From Tannerellaceae bacterium (GTDB taxonomy: Bacteria; Bacteroidota; Bacteroidia; Bacteroidales; CAMTPD01), in NCBI GenBank assembly GCA_051660585.1, contig JBOFPV010000040.1:128841-192840 (forward strand): a DNA stretch of 64,000 nucleotides. The letters run 5' to 3'. The notes under the pieces are model-generated. The model was not told the origin of the DNA and searched no databases. It worked only from the letters and a program-made list of their open reading frames with translations. Position numbers and translations under genes: made by a program. Shown one piece after another: positions 28,430 through 37,731 of this stretch. The number at the start of each line of letters is the position of its first letter. Position 1 is the stretch's first letter.

Positions 28430-31400
28430 TTATAAAGTCAGATTAATACCAAACATAAATTTACGTGTCGATGGATATACCGTTGTAGCTACACCCGTAA
28501 TACGACCATTAACCGGAGGAATCTCAGGATCAACACCAGAATAGTTTGTAATTGTGAAAAGATTTTCACCTGATGCATAGATTCGAAGATTTGCAATATA
28601 GTATTTAGGTAACTGAATCGTGTATCCGATGGTCAGGTTGCGAAGCTTTAAATAGCTACCATCTTCCAGAAAACGAGATGATGCTTTATTTGAGTTGGTA
28701 TTATTATTATACAAAGCTAATGGGTGGGTAGCAATGTCTCCTTCTTTTTCCCATCTATTCCAACCATCTTGAAGTTTCATTTGATTTCGATCGGTATATG
28801 CTCCATCCGAGTCGAACTCCGCTCTGGCGTAGTTGTAGATTTTACCTCCAACTGAGTACCCAAAGTTTGCAGACAAGTCAAGCTTACGCCAGCTTAGGTT
28901 TGTAGAGAAACCTCCAAAAAAGTCAGGAGTATATTTATCTATTACGATTGGGTTTTTAGATGCCTCGGAATACGACTTGGTGATAACACGCTCACCTTCG
29001 GTGTTTGTTGTATACCATTGAGGAGCCCCTGTTGCAGGGTCTACACCAGCCCATTCTGTTAAATACCAGCTGTCTACATCTAAGCCTGGTCTTAATAGTT
29101 TATTGGCCGATCCGGCGATGCCAGTGCCGTCTCCAACAATAATTTCAGATTTACCGCCATAAAGGCTACCAACCTTATTTCTATTCAGTCCGAAGTTTGC
29201 ATCTACACGCCAGTTCCAATCTTTTGTTTGTATGATCTCTGCGCCGGCAACCAACTCAAATCCATTATTAATAACGCTACCAACGTTTCGCCAGATACTA
29301 GTAATACCGATAACACCAGGAAGAGGTACCTGATAAAGTAGATCAGAAGTATTCTTATTATAATAATCTACGGATACATTAAAACGCTCTAAGAACATAA
29401 AGTCAACACCTACACCGGCAGTGTACGATTTTTCCCATGTGATGTTAGCGTTTTCAGCTTGAGAAATTAGAGCTCCCGGAAGTTCGTTGTATTTGCCGGT
29501 AAGACTATAAAGGGCATATTGCGGATAATAATCTGATGGGCGATTACCAACAGATCCATAGCTGGCACGAAGTTTGAGTTGATTAACCCAATCGGCAGTA
29601 AAGAATTTCTCACGATTGATATTCCAACCACCACTCAAAGAGAAAAAGTTACCGTATTTTGCATTTACCCCAAAATTAGAAGCTCCGTCACGGCGAAATG
29701 AAGCTTCTGCAATGTATTTATTATCATATGAGTAGTTGGCACGGGTGATAAATGATTGCAATGCTGATTGCAGTCGACCACTTCCCACTTTTTCCGGAAC
29801 TGCTGCTACGTCTGCAACCTCAAATCCCGGAGCAAACCCGGTTGCGATACCGGTATTCGAGCGATAGTTATACTCATTCCAGTCGTAAGCGATTACACCA
29901 CTCAATGCATGTAAGCCAAAGTTCTTGTTTAGATTTAGCATTTGAGAACTATAAATACGATTTGTGTTGGATTCAAAATCTTGTATTCTACCATTTACAG
30001 ACAAAGCAGAGGACGATCGAGGGTCTGAATATGTTGTTGAATAGTAATTAGTATATTTATAGTTGTTTGTTGACGTAAATTTAATCCAATCGGCAAGTTT
30101 GATATCGAAATTAAAACTACCGGCAAAGTCGTGCGTTGTTCCTTCTGAAAAGTTCCATTGCAAATCATATAGATAGTTAGACCCCGTTGTATTTACCCAT
30201 GTTGGATTTGGTGCATTTCCAACCAAAGAGCCATCTTCATTGTACGGACTATCCCAAGGCATATTCATATACATTGCACTGACAGAGTGTTGTCTGTCTT
30301 TGATGTCTTTGCGTGACCCATTCACTTGCGGTCTGATGGTAAGCCATGGAAGTGGGCGGTAGTCTGCGTTGAATGCAAAGCTATAACGTTTGTAATTATA
30401 ACCCTTTACTGCACCATCTTCATCATAGATTCCAAGTGAAGAGTATATTTTAAGATCTTCGGTTCCTCCCGAAACAGAGAAGTTATAATCTTGGGCAAAA
30501 CCAAGCTGAGTCGCATTATCCCACCAATCATAGTTGTCATATCTCAGGTCGTTATTCCATCTCGGAAATTTAATTTGTTCTTGGTTGCCAAAACTTTTGT
30601 AATAGTCATATAGCTCAGCCCCGTTCATTACCTCAAAGTTTCCTTTGTTGAGTTGGGTGATACCTAGTTTAGCATCGAAGTTGAATGTTGCCTTGCCGGT
30701 TTTCCCTTTTTTGGTTGTAACGATAATTACGCCGTTAGCACCTTGTGATCCATAAATAGCTGTAGAGGCAGCATCTTTCAGGATAGTCATAGACTCAATA
30801 TCTGAAGGATTTACTGACCCTGGACCTGCACCAACGATAACACCGTCTACGACCCAAAGTGGATCAGTGCTTCCATTAACGGTTGATTTTCCACGGATTA
30901 CAATTGCGGCAGCATCTCCGGGACGGCCTGATCCTGAGTTTACATATACGCCAGGAGCCTTTCCGCTAAGCATGTTTTCCACAGTAGGTGTTGTGACATC
31001 TTTAAGTTGCTTGTCGCTTACTACCTGCATTGCACCGGTTAAACTTTCTTTCTTTTGTACACCATATCCTACTACTACAACTTCTTCCAAAGCTTTGGTA
31101 TCCTCTTGTAATTTAATTTCGATTTTACCTGCTTTTTGTACTTTGATAGATGATGGAGCATAGCCGATGTAAGAGATTTCAAGAGTGCTTCCGATTGGAG
31201 CATCTAGGGTGAATTGTCCGTCGATATCGGTACTAGTGCCTAGAGTACTGTTTGCAACAACCACATTTGCACCAATAATAGGCTCGTTGGTTTTAGCATC
31301 TACAATTGTACCTTGTATTTTCACACTTTGTTGTGTTATTACAGACGTGTGTAGCTTATGATTACTCTCTGCATGTAACAGCGGAGTTACCAGCGAAAAA

Positions 31401-31453
31401 GATGCTACAATAGCTAAGGTTTTACGATAGTTTCTCACTTTTTTCAAGCGCAT
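28430..31453 (-). CDS. susC: SusC/RagA-family TonB-dependent outer-membrane transporter.
   Basis: 1007-aa ORF with the carboxypeptidase-regulatory-like domain IQGTIVDAKTNEPIIGANVVV, a plug domain and a barrel. There is no STN domain. Confidence 0.92.
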   Translation of the reverse strand: MRLKKVRNYRKTLAIVASFSLVTPLLHAESNHKLHTSVITQQSVKIQGTIVDAKTNEPIIGANVVVANSTLGTSTDIDGQFTLDAPIGSTLEISYIGYAPSSIKVQKAGKIEIKLQEDTKALEEVVVVGYGVQKKESLTGAMQVVSDKQLKDVTTPTVENMLSGKAPGVYVNSGSGRPGDAAAIVIRGKSTVNGSTDPLWVVDGVIVGAGPGSVNPSDIESMTILKDAASTAIYGSQGANGVIIVTTKKGKTGKATFNFDAKLGITQLNKGNFEVMNGAELYDYYKSFGNQEQIKFPRWNNDLRYDNYDWWDNATQLGFAQDYNFSVSGGTEDLKIYSSLGIYDEDGAVKGYNYKRYSFAFNADYRPLPWLTIRPQVNGSRKDIKDRQHSVSAMYMNMPWDSPYNEDGSLVGNAPNPTWVNTTGSNYLYDLQWNFSEGTTHDFAGSFNFDIKLADWIKFTSTNNYKYTNYYSTTYSDPRSSSALSVNGRIQDFESNTNRIYSSQMLNLNKNFGLHALSGVIAYDWNEYNYRSNTGIATGFAPGFEVADVAAVPEKVGSGRLQSALQSFITRANYSYDNKYIAEASFRRDGASNFGVNAKYGNFFSLSGGWNINREKFFTADWVNQLKLRASYGSVGNRPSDYYPQYALYSLTGKYNELPGALISQAENANITWEKSYTAGVGVDFMFLERFNVSVDYYNKNTSDLLYQVPLPGVIGITSIWRNVGSVINNGFELVAGAEIIQTKDWNWRVDANFGLNRNKVGSLYGGKSEIIVGDGTGIAGSANKLLRPGLDVDSWYLTEWAGVDPATGAPQWYTTNTEGERVITKSYSEASKNPIVIDKYTPDFFGGFSTNLSWRKLDLSANFGYSVGGKIYNYARAEFDSDGAYTDRNQMKLQDGWNRWEKEGDIATHPLALYNNNTNSNKASSRFLEDGSYLKLRNLTIGYTIQLPKYYIANLRIYASGENLFTITNYSGVDPEIPPVNGRITGVATTVYPSTRKFMFGINLTL

Positions 31454-31608
31454 AGTTTAATGTTAAAAGGTTATTAGATATAATAAAGTTGTTTTTAATA
31501 GAATCTAAAGAATACGACGATAGTTTTATCATGGTTCTCAGTTGATTAATTTGACATAAGAATGTCCTCTTGTGTATATTCTTTAAATAGTATGGGTGCA
31601 AATAAAGC

Positions 31609-31640
31609 AAAAAAACCACTAATAAACATAATATTAGTGG
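31609..31640 (-). promoter_or_regulatory. Perfect 9-bp inverted repeat (CCACTAATA-N7-TATTAGTGG) followed by U7 on the minus strand. It could be an orphan terminator, a leader attenuator or an operator upstream of susC.
   Basis: Read directly. It lies about 155 nt upstream of the susC ATG (31453), in the divergent intergenic region. Confidence 0.5.
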
Positions 31641-31738
31641 TGGTTAATTGATTAAATTTTTAATTTGAACTACTAGAAAGTGTTGTAAACACTTGTTGCA
31701 TGGCCCGATTCTTTTTTTGAATAACAATAAAAACGAAC

Positions 31739-32815
31739 ATGAAAAACTTAAATGATGTACTAAAAAAGGGTACAGTAACTTGCTTGCTGCTTGCGATCGG
31801 TATTTCTGATGTTGTTGCTCAGGAGATAGAGGTCCCTCAGATTATCCGGGAGGATATTCAGGCTACAAGTCGGCGTATGACCGAATACATTGGTAAAGAT
31901 CAGGTCTTGGTATTTCCCATTCTAACCGATTTGCATCTTACGAGCAGCGGGGCCTATGATCATATCGACTATACGGTTGAAGCCGGAAAGTTGATGCATT
32001 TTGACTTTGTGGTAAATCTGGGTGATTTAGGACTCGATGTGGGGACAGAGACCACAGAGAAAGCCGTAGGTTTGATGCAAGATGTGTATCACCGGCACAG
32101 TAAGTTCGACGGCGTAACGCTGTTTGTCAGGGGGAATCACGACGGCAATGTTCGTTATAATCCGGTTACGGCACAAGCCTGGTACGAGCAATTCAATAAG
32201 TCGGTGTCACAAGCACAAGCTGCAAATTATCATTTCGAGACTACCTACGGATACTATGACATACCGAAAACCAAGACAAGAGTGATTGTATTAGATACGT
32301 CCGACGGGTCGAGTGATCTAACGAATGTAAACTATTATAACCTCAGTGATATGCAATTACAATGGCTAGCCAATAGTTTGCAGTTTGATAAAAAAGGCTG
32401 GAATGTGATTGTGCTGACACACTTTTGCATGGATCTTATCGGGAAATGGACCGGATTTCCGTACGAGGTAGCTGCCGGAGATACGGCAATGAATGCGATG
32501 TTGCATGATTTTATGCTGAAAAAGTCAGGAGGTATGGGGGCAGTAGCCTGGGACTTTAGAAAGAATAAGTCCAATGCATTGGTTGCTAATTTTTGCGGAG
32601 ACTCGCACTTCGACAACTCCGACGTCACGAATGGATTGGTACGTGTAATAACCCAAGGTTACGGCGGTGTTTCAGAAGCAGATGTACCACCTGGCGGACA
32701 TGTATGGAGCAAAGACGGGCGTATGCTTGTAGATGTTGTGGTTGTAAAACCAAAGCAACGTGAATTTAAAATGTTCAGACTTGGAGTAGGAGAGGACCGA
32801 TTGTTCAGATATTAA
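31739..32815 (+). CDS. Calcineurin-like metallophosphoesterase with a signal peptide.
   Basis: 358-aa ORF with motifs DLHL, GDLGLD and GNHD. Confidence 0.7.
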   Translation: MKNLNDVLKKGTVTCLLLAIGISDVVAQEIEVPQIIREDIQATSRRMTEYIGKDQVLVFPILTDLHLTSSGAYDHIDYTVEAGKLMHFDFVVNLGDLGLDVGTETTEKAVGLMQDVYHRHSKFDGVTLFVRGNHDGNVRYNPVTAQAWYEQFNKSVSQAQAANYHFETTYGYYDIPKTKTRVIVLDTSDGSSDLTNVNYYNLSDMQLQWLANSLQFDKKGWNVIVLTHFCMDLIGKWTGFPYEVAAGDTAMNAMLHDFMLKKSGGMGAVAWDFRKNKSNALVANFCGDSHFDNSDVTNGLVRVITQGYGGVSEADVPPGGHVWSKDGRMLVDVVVVKPKQREFKMFRLGVGEDRLFRY

Positions 32816-32939
32816 TACAAAGAGGTGTAAATTGATTGGAAAAATCTCTTGTGATTCGGGTCCAATAATATTGGATTCTAACAAGGGTGGCGAACTTTTT
32901 TAGATGATAGTTCGTTTATTCATATATATAACTTGATGT

Positions 32940-33287
32940 ATGCACGGGGAATGGTATAAGGAGATTTTGAGTTTTATGGCTACGGTGATAAGTGCCATAA
33001 GTTTGATTATCGTGGTGTATGGCACGTTGATCGGGTTTGTTGCCTTTGTGCGCAACGAATGGAGACGTCGCAACGGGACGTTCGAGATGGTAACCATTCG
33101 GCGTATTCGGGTAGAGTGTGGTAGTTACTTGTTGCTTGGGCTCGAGTTTTTGATTGCGTCCGATATTCTCGAAACCGTATTAAAGCCGGGACTTAATGAG
33201 CTTGCCATTTTGGGCGGAATCGTAGTTGTGCGGATTATTCTTTCTTATTTTCTAAATCGCGAGATCAAGGAGTTGAAAGAGGAGTAG
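32940..33287 (+). CDS. DUF1622-family small membrane protein.
   Basis: 115-aa ORF with predicted TM helices. The sequence resembles DUF1622 (LLLGLEFLIASDILETV). Confidence 0.65.
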   Translation: MHGEWYKEILSFMATVISAISLIIVVYGTLIGFVAFVRNEWRRRNGTFEMVTIRRIRVECGSYLLLGLEFLIASDILETVLKPGLNELAILGGIVVVRIILSYFLNREIKELKEE

Positions 33288-33437
33288 ATGAAGTATGTGC
33301 ATTTTTTGCACCTACTCAATATTTATGTTTTATAACTATCTGGCAGCGTATCGTATTAGTGTTTAATAACTAGGAATCGGGTTGTAAAATATTGATTTTT
33401 GCGGAGATATTTCCATTATTCTTGAAAAACAATATTT

Positions 33438-34607
33438 ATGACTCGAAACTTAACTGATGACAACCGAATGGTATGGCTCGACGTGGTGCGTTGCGTCGCG
33501 ATGCTAATGGTGATCGGGGTGCATTGTATAGATCCGTTCTATATATCGCCTACGATGCGCACGATTCCGGAGTACACCCACTGGGCAGCCGTTTACGGTT
33601 CGTTGCTGCGTCCGTCTGTTCCTTTATTTGTAATGATGACCGGTTTGCTGCTACTCCCTGTAGGCACCGATGAGCTTGGCAAGTTTTACAAAAAGAGGAT
33701 CTTCCGTGTTCTTTTCCCTTTTCTGATTTGGTCTGTACTCTACAGCATGTTCCCTTGGTTTACCGGAGTGCTGGGATTGCCAAAAGAAATCATAGGTGAC
33801 TTCTTTTGCTATACGCAAGGACATGAGTCGCAATCGCTGGTAGATTCGCTAAAAGACGTAGCCATGATTCCGTTCAACTTTAGTCACAAAGAAAACCACA
33901 TGTGGTACATCTACCTGCTGATCGGGCTCTATCTTTACATGCCTTTCTTTTCGGGATGGATTGGCTCGGCAAGTAAAAAGACCAAACAAGCTTTCTTGTT
34001 TATCTGGATCATCTCCCTGTTTATTCCTTACATCCGCGAGTATGTATCTACGATGTTGTTTGATCGCAACGGGTACATTTGGGGCGCCGATACGTGGAAT
34101 GAGTTCAATATGCTGTATTACTTTGCCGGATTTAATGGGTATTTGCTTTTGGGGCATTACCTAAAGCAAGGTGTAAGTTGGAGTACTTCGAAAACGATGT
34201 TGATCAGTGCGCTGATGTTTGCCGTAGGGTATTACGTGACCTATACTGGGTTTAGTACAACGGCTGCCAATCCGCAGGCGACGGAAACCGAAATGGAGCT
34301 TTACTTCACCTTCTGTAGTCCGAACGTATTGTTGATGACTGCCGCCGTATTTTTAGCTTTGCAGAAAGTAACCGTTTCCAATCCGGTGGTTGTGAAAATG
34401 CTGGCCAATATGACCAAGTGCGGCTTTGGAATCTATATGGTTCACTACTTTGTGGTTGGGCCTTTCTTCCTTCTGATTGGACCTTCTTCGTTGCCGATTC
34501 CGTTGCAAGTACCGTTGATGGCCGTTTGCATCTTTATATGCAGTTGGATTTTTACGGCATTGGTGTATAAAGTGATGCCTAATAAAGTACGTTATATAAT
34601 GGGATAA
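33438..34607 (+). CDS. Acyltransferase family 3 (membrane O-acyltransferase).
   Basis: 389-aa polytopic membrane ORF. The N-terminal WLDVVRCVAMLMVIGVH is typical of the family. Confidence 0.8.
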   Translation: MTRNLTDDNRMVWLDVVRCVAMLMVIGVHCIDPFYISPTMRTIPEYTHWAAVYGSLLRPSVPLFVMMTGLLLLPVGTDELGKFYKKRIFRVLFPFLIWSVLYSMFPWFTGVLGLPKEIIGDFFCYTQGHESQSLVDSLKDVAMIPFNFSHKENHMWYIYLLIGLYLYMPFFSGWIGSASKKTKQAFLFIWIISLFIPYIREYVSTMLFDRNGYIWGADTWNEFNMLYYFAGFNGYLLLGHYLKQGVSWSTSKTMLISALMFAVGYYVTYTGFSTTAANPQATETEMELYFTFCSPNVLLMTAAVFLALQKVTVSNPVVVKMLANMTKCGFGIYMVHYFVVGPFFLLIGPSSLPIPLQVPLMAVCIFICSWIFTALVYKVMPNKVRYIMG

Positions 34608-34646
34608 ATGCATTCGTTCATTGCGATGAATGAAATCATTTATAGT

Positions 34647-34726
34647 GAAGAGTGAATCGTTTGATGCCCATCAAACGATTCACTCTTCGTTTGTTTCAAA
34701 TCGTCCGATGCCCATCGAACGATTTG
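34647..34726. terminator. Two related tandem palindromes between convergent genes, acting as a bidirectional terminator or a REP-like element.
   Basis: 34647-34688 forms a perfect 19-bp stem (gaagagtgaatcgtttgat...atcaaacgattcactcttc). 34697-34726 forms a 14-bp stem with 1 mismatch. Both are centred on GATGCCCATC. Confidence 0.7.
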
Positions 34727-34783
34727 AAGTATGCATGCTTTTCAATCAAAGCTAACGAGCTTTCGAATTGATTTACGTGAAGT

Positions 34784-35563
34784 TTATAGATACAATTCGG
34801 GTTCTTTGCGGACAGAGCAGTTGTTGAAAAGCCACTCGGCACGTGGTTGGAAAAATGTGCGGGCTTCTTGCGGACAAAACTTCACGCAGGCGCAGCATTT
34901 GATGCATTTGCTTTTGTCGCTCAGGGTTGGATCGATGGTGTCGATGGCTTCGGCCGGACAGATGGTTACGCACTCACCGCATCGGATACACAAGTCTGCA
35001 TCCGTTGCAGGTGCGGCTGGTGTAAATTGTGGCATCTCCTTGTACGGACAGTTTCCCTTTGGCGAAGGAAGGTCGGTGTTGTTGGTTTGCAATTTGGCGG
35101 CGATTGCCTTGCCGGATTTTTGAGCAAAGAGGCTGTCTTGTTCGTCGGGGCGATGTGCCGCGATGGGTTGGGCAGGGGTGCTGTATGAGTGTTCGCCGAT
35201 GAACGCAGCCGAGGCAACGGGGCGAAAACCCTTCGAAGTCATCAAGTCTTGCAGTTCGATCAGCGCATCTTCATAGGCACGATTTCCATATACCACGACC
35301 GAAACCGCAGGGATGTTATTTCCTTTAAGAGATTCCATCCGTTCCACCGCTAGTTTGGGTAGTCTGCCGGCATACACGGGGATTCCTACAATAGCCAAGT
35401 CGGCCACGTCGAACGCGATATCGGGTAAAGCTTTGCAGGTAAGGTCGTGCTTTACGATGCGTACGTTTTCAAATCCTTTTGCGATGTTTTCAACGACCTG
35501 CAGCGAAGTGTGCGTAGGCGAGAAGTAAATAAGATGTATTGTTTTTATCGTATTCATGTTCAT
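34784..35563 (-). CDS. EFR1-type flavodoxin-like protein with a 2x[4Fe-4S] ferredoxin domain.
   Basis: 259-aa ORF with two CxxCxxCxxxCP motifs (CIRCGECVTICP, CIKCCACVKFCP). Confidence 0.8.
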   Translation of the reverse strand: MNMNTIKTIHLIYFSPTHTSLQVVENIAKGFENVRIVKHDLTCKALPDIAFDVADLAIVGIPVYAGRLPKLAVERMESLKGNNIPAVSVVVYGNRAYEDALIELQDLMTSKGFRPVASAAFIGEHSYSTPAQPIAAHRPDEQDSLFAQKSGKAIAAKLQTNNTDLPSPKGNCPYKEMPQFTPAAPATDADLCIRCGECVTICPAEAIDTIDPTLSDKSKCIKCCACVKFCPQEARTFFQPRAEWLFNNCSVRKEPELYL

Positions 35564-35672
35564 GGAGTATTATTGTTGCAACCGTTGAGCAAAGGTATAA
35601 AAAGATGTGGATGCTTGCTGTGCCCGATAGTTTTTGTATCTTGTCGTTGATTACGAACAACCTTATTATCAG

Positions 35673-36227
35673 ATGAAAAACACGTCTTTAGACTTGAAAG
35701 TGATTCGGCTGCGTATCGCTAAAAAAGAATACCTCACCGACGCGCTCAAGCGTCATGGTTTTGTGGCATTGCCTTCCAATGCGATTATCAACAAACGACT
35801 TCCCGGATTGGGGGCTACGTATTGCGAACTTACGGCTCCGCGTCACTCCATCATCATCGAACCCAATGTGCCGGTTATTGTAGGCAAAGCCTTGAAACAT
35901 CCCGAGGCTTTTGGTGTGTACAGAGGGGTTACGGCCAAGCAAATTCAAGCCTATCTGAAAAGTGATGTACCTTATAAGAAAATCCTGACTACGCCCGAGA
36001 GTTTCGGACGGGTCAAGGAGGCTGCCGCTAAAGCGAATGTCTGTTTGCACAGTGATTACTTTATGCTGATCGACGAATGCGAGAAGTTGGTGCAGGATAT
36101 CCATTACCGCGATTCCATCGCATTGCCGATCGACGACTTTTTTAAGTTTGATCAAAAAGCGCTGGTTTCGGCAACTCCGCTTTATGCGGTGGACAAGCGT
36201 TTTTACCGACTCGATTCAAAGAGATAG
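35673..36227 (+). pseudogene. Truncated SF2 helicase-like fragment (RecA1 half only).
   Basis: It has a motif I-like GLGAT, a motif II-like LIDECEK and a motif III-like VSAT, then stops after ~185 aa. No continuation exists in any frame, and non-coding GT-rich DNA follows. Confidence 0.4.
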
Positions 36228-36500
36228 TTTGTTTTGTAAGTGTTTGATTATTAGTGTTTGTTTGGTTTTTGATGCTAAAAATAGGCATGTCTGTATTTGG
36301 TTAAAGTGTTGTGTAATAGTGTTGTATGTGGTTTGTGCGCAAAACGGGCAAAAAAGTTTTCAATAAGGAATTTTGATGTCTGCACGGCGAATGTTTCGTA
36401 AGTGTTTGTTTACTAGGTGTGTGCTAGTAGTGCTGCCGCCCATTATATTGTAGAAAAAAAACGAGTTCGATATAACACTTGAACTTTTTTGAAAAGATGT

Positions 36501-36546
36501 AAAAACAAAACGCGTGGTAGTGGGGAGGTGATCCTTGCTACCACGC
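36501..36546 (-). terminator. Intrinsic terminator after the CBM9-like gene.
   Basis: gcgtggtag (36512-36520) pairs with ctaccacgc (36538-46). An A-rich run at 36501-36511 on the plus strand gives a U-rich tail on the minus strand. Confidence 0.65.
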
Positions 36547-36571
36547 ATTGTTATGTTGTGTGAGTGGAGGT

Positions 36572-37699
36572 TTATTTCCAGATCAGGCCGTCTTGGCGGA
36601 TGTGCCATACGTTGTTTGCGCCGCCATTGTATGTAACTTCATACATTGAGCTGGTGTTTTGTAACGATACATTTGCCAATTCGTTTGCAGGGAAGATTTC
36701 CGATGCTTTTAGTTCGGCCAATGTTGTTGCATAGTTGCCGGTTGCTTTTTTGTATTGCGACTGACGGTAGTATATGCGGCGAAGTTTCCATTTGATCTCT
36801 TCTTGTGAGTTCAGGTTGAAGGTAACGTCACCTTTGCCTGCAACAACGTCGGTAAGTTGTACGAATCCCCATTTTTCAGGACAGTGCATGTTTACTTCAC
36901 CTGTTGGTGACCATACCCAGTTGTCTTCGTTGATGCCTTCTTTACCCGGACGCGGAGCTTTTACGTACTTCCCGTTTTCGATGGTGTGATTCCATTGTAC
37001 ACGCGAGAAGTTTACACGCATTTGCTCGCCGTTGATCGGAAGCGGATTGCCTTTGCGTGTTTCGTTGATGCTTTCCCAAGAGAAGAATACCTCTACAGTC
37101 CACTTTTGGTCGGTATCGTTCGGGTTGTTTAATGTTCCGTAGACTTTTACGGCCGACTGCATGTCCATAAAGTTCCAGCCATTCATGTAGAAGTTGCCTT
37201 GATCGCGATAAGGTTGTTGTAAGAACAAGTCCCACTCGGTGCCCAATGCGTTCATTTCAAACTCAAGGTAGTTGTGCGTATCTGCCGTAGGATCGATAAA
37301 GATTTCGAAGTCGTTGTCGTGGTAGATTACCGATTCGCGTTTGGTAAGTGTGCCCCATACGTGCGGTTCTTCCATTTCAGCCGCAAAATACATTCCTTTC
37401 TCGTCCCAAGCCATTTTGGCACGTGTGCGATATTTAGGCTTTGGTTGTATGTCGCCTTCGATATCTACAAAGTCGTTTGTCCATGGAATGTTGTCCCATT
37501 CTGCCGAAGTCATGTTTCCATCTACGGTAATTGGTGCCGCAGCTTTGTAACATACGTATGTTTCGGGATGAAACCATGCTGAGTCTGTAAAGTTAACATC
37601 GGCAGCAGGTGCTTGAGTTGTCGTGGTATTACCGGTGCATGAAACAAGTGCTGTTGCAACGGCAGCCAGAGAAAGTGTCATGAATTTTGCCTTCTTCAT
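36572..37699 (-). CDS. Carbohydrate-binding family 9-like (DOMON-like) lipoprotein.
   Basis: 375-aa ORF with lipobox ALVSC. The sequence WDNIPWTNDFVDIEG...YHDNDFEIFIDP is typical of CBM9-like proteins. Confidence 0.7.
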   Translation of the reverse strand: MKKAKFMTLSLAAVATALVSCTGNTTTTQAPAADVNFTDSAWFHPETYVCYKAAAPITVDGNMTSAEWDNIPWTNDFVDIEGDIQPKPKYRTRAKMAWDEKGMYFAAEMEEPHVWGTLTKRESVIYHDNDFEIFIDPTADTHNYLEFEMNALGTEWDLFLQQPYRDQGNFYMNGWNFMDMQSAVKVYGTLNNPNDTDQKWTVEVFFSWESINETRKGNPLPINGEQMRVNFSRVQWNHTIENGKYVKAPRPGKEGINEDNWVWSPTGEVNMHCPEKWGFVQLTDVVAGKGDVTFNLNSQEEIKWKLRRIYYRQSQYKKATGNYATTLAELKASEIFPANELANVSLQNTSSMYEVTYNGGANNVWHIRQDGLIWK

Positions 37700-37731
37700 C
37701 TGTTGATTCGTTATAGGTGTTTTTATTAGTT

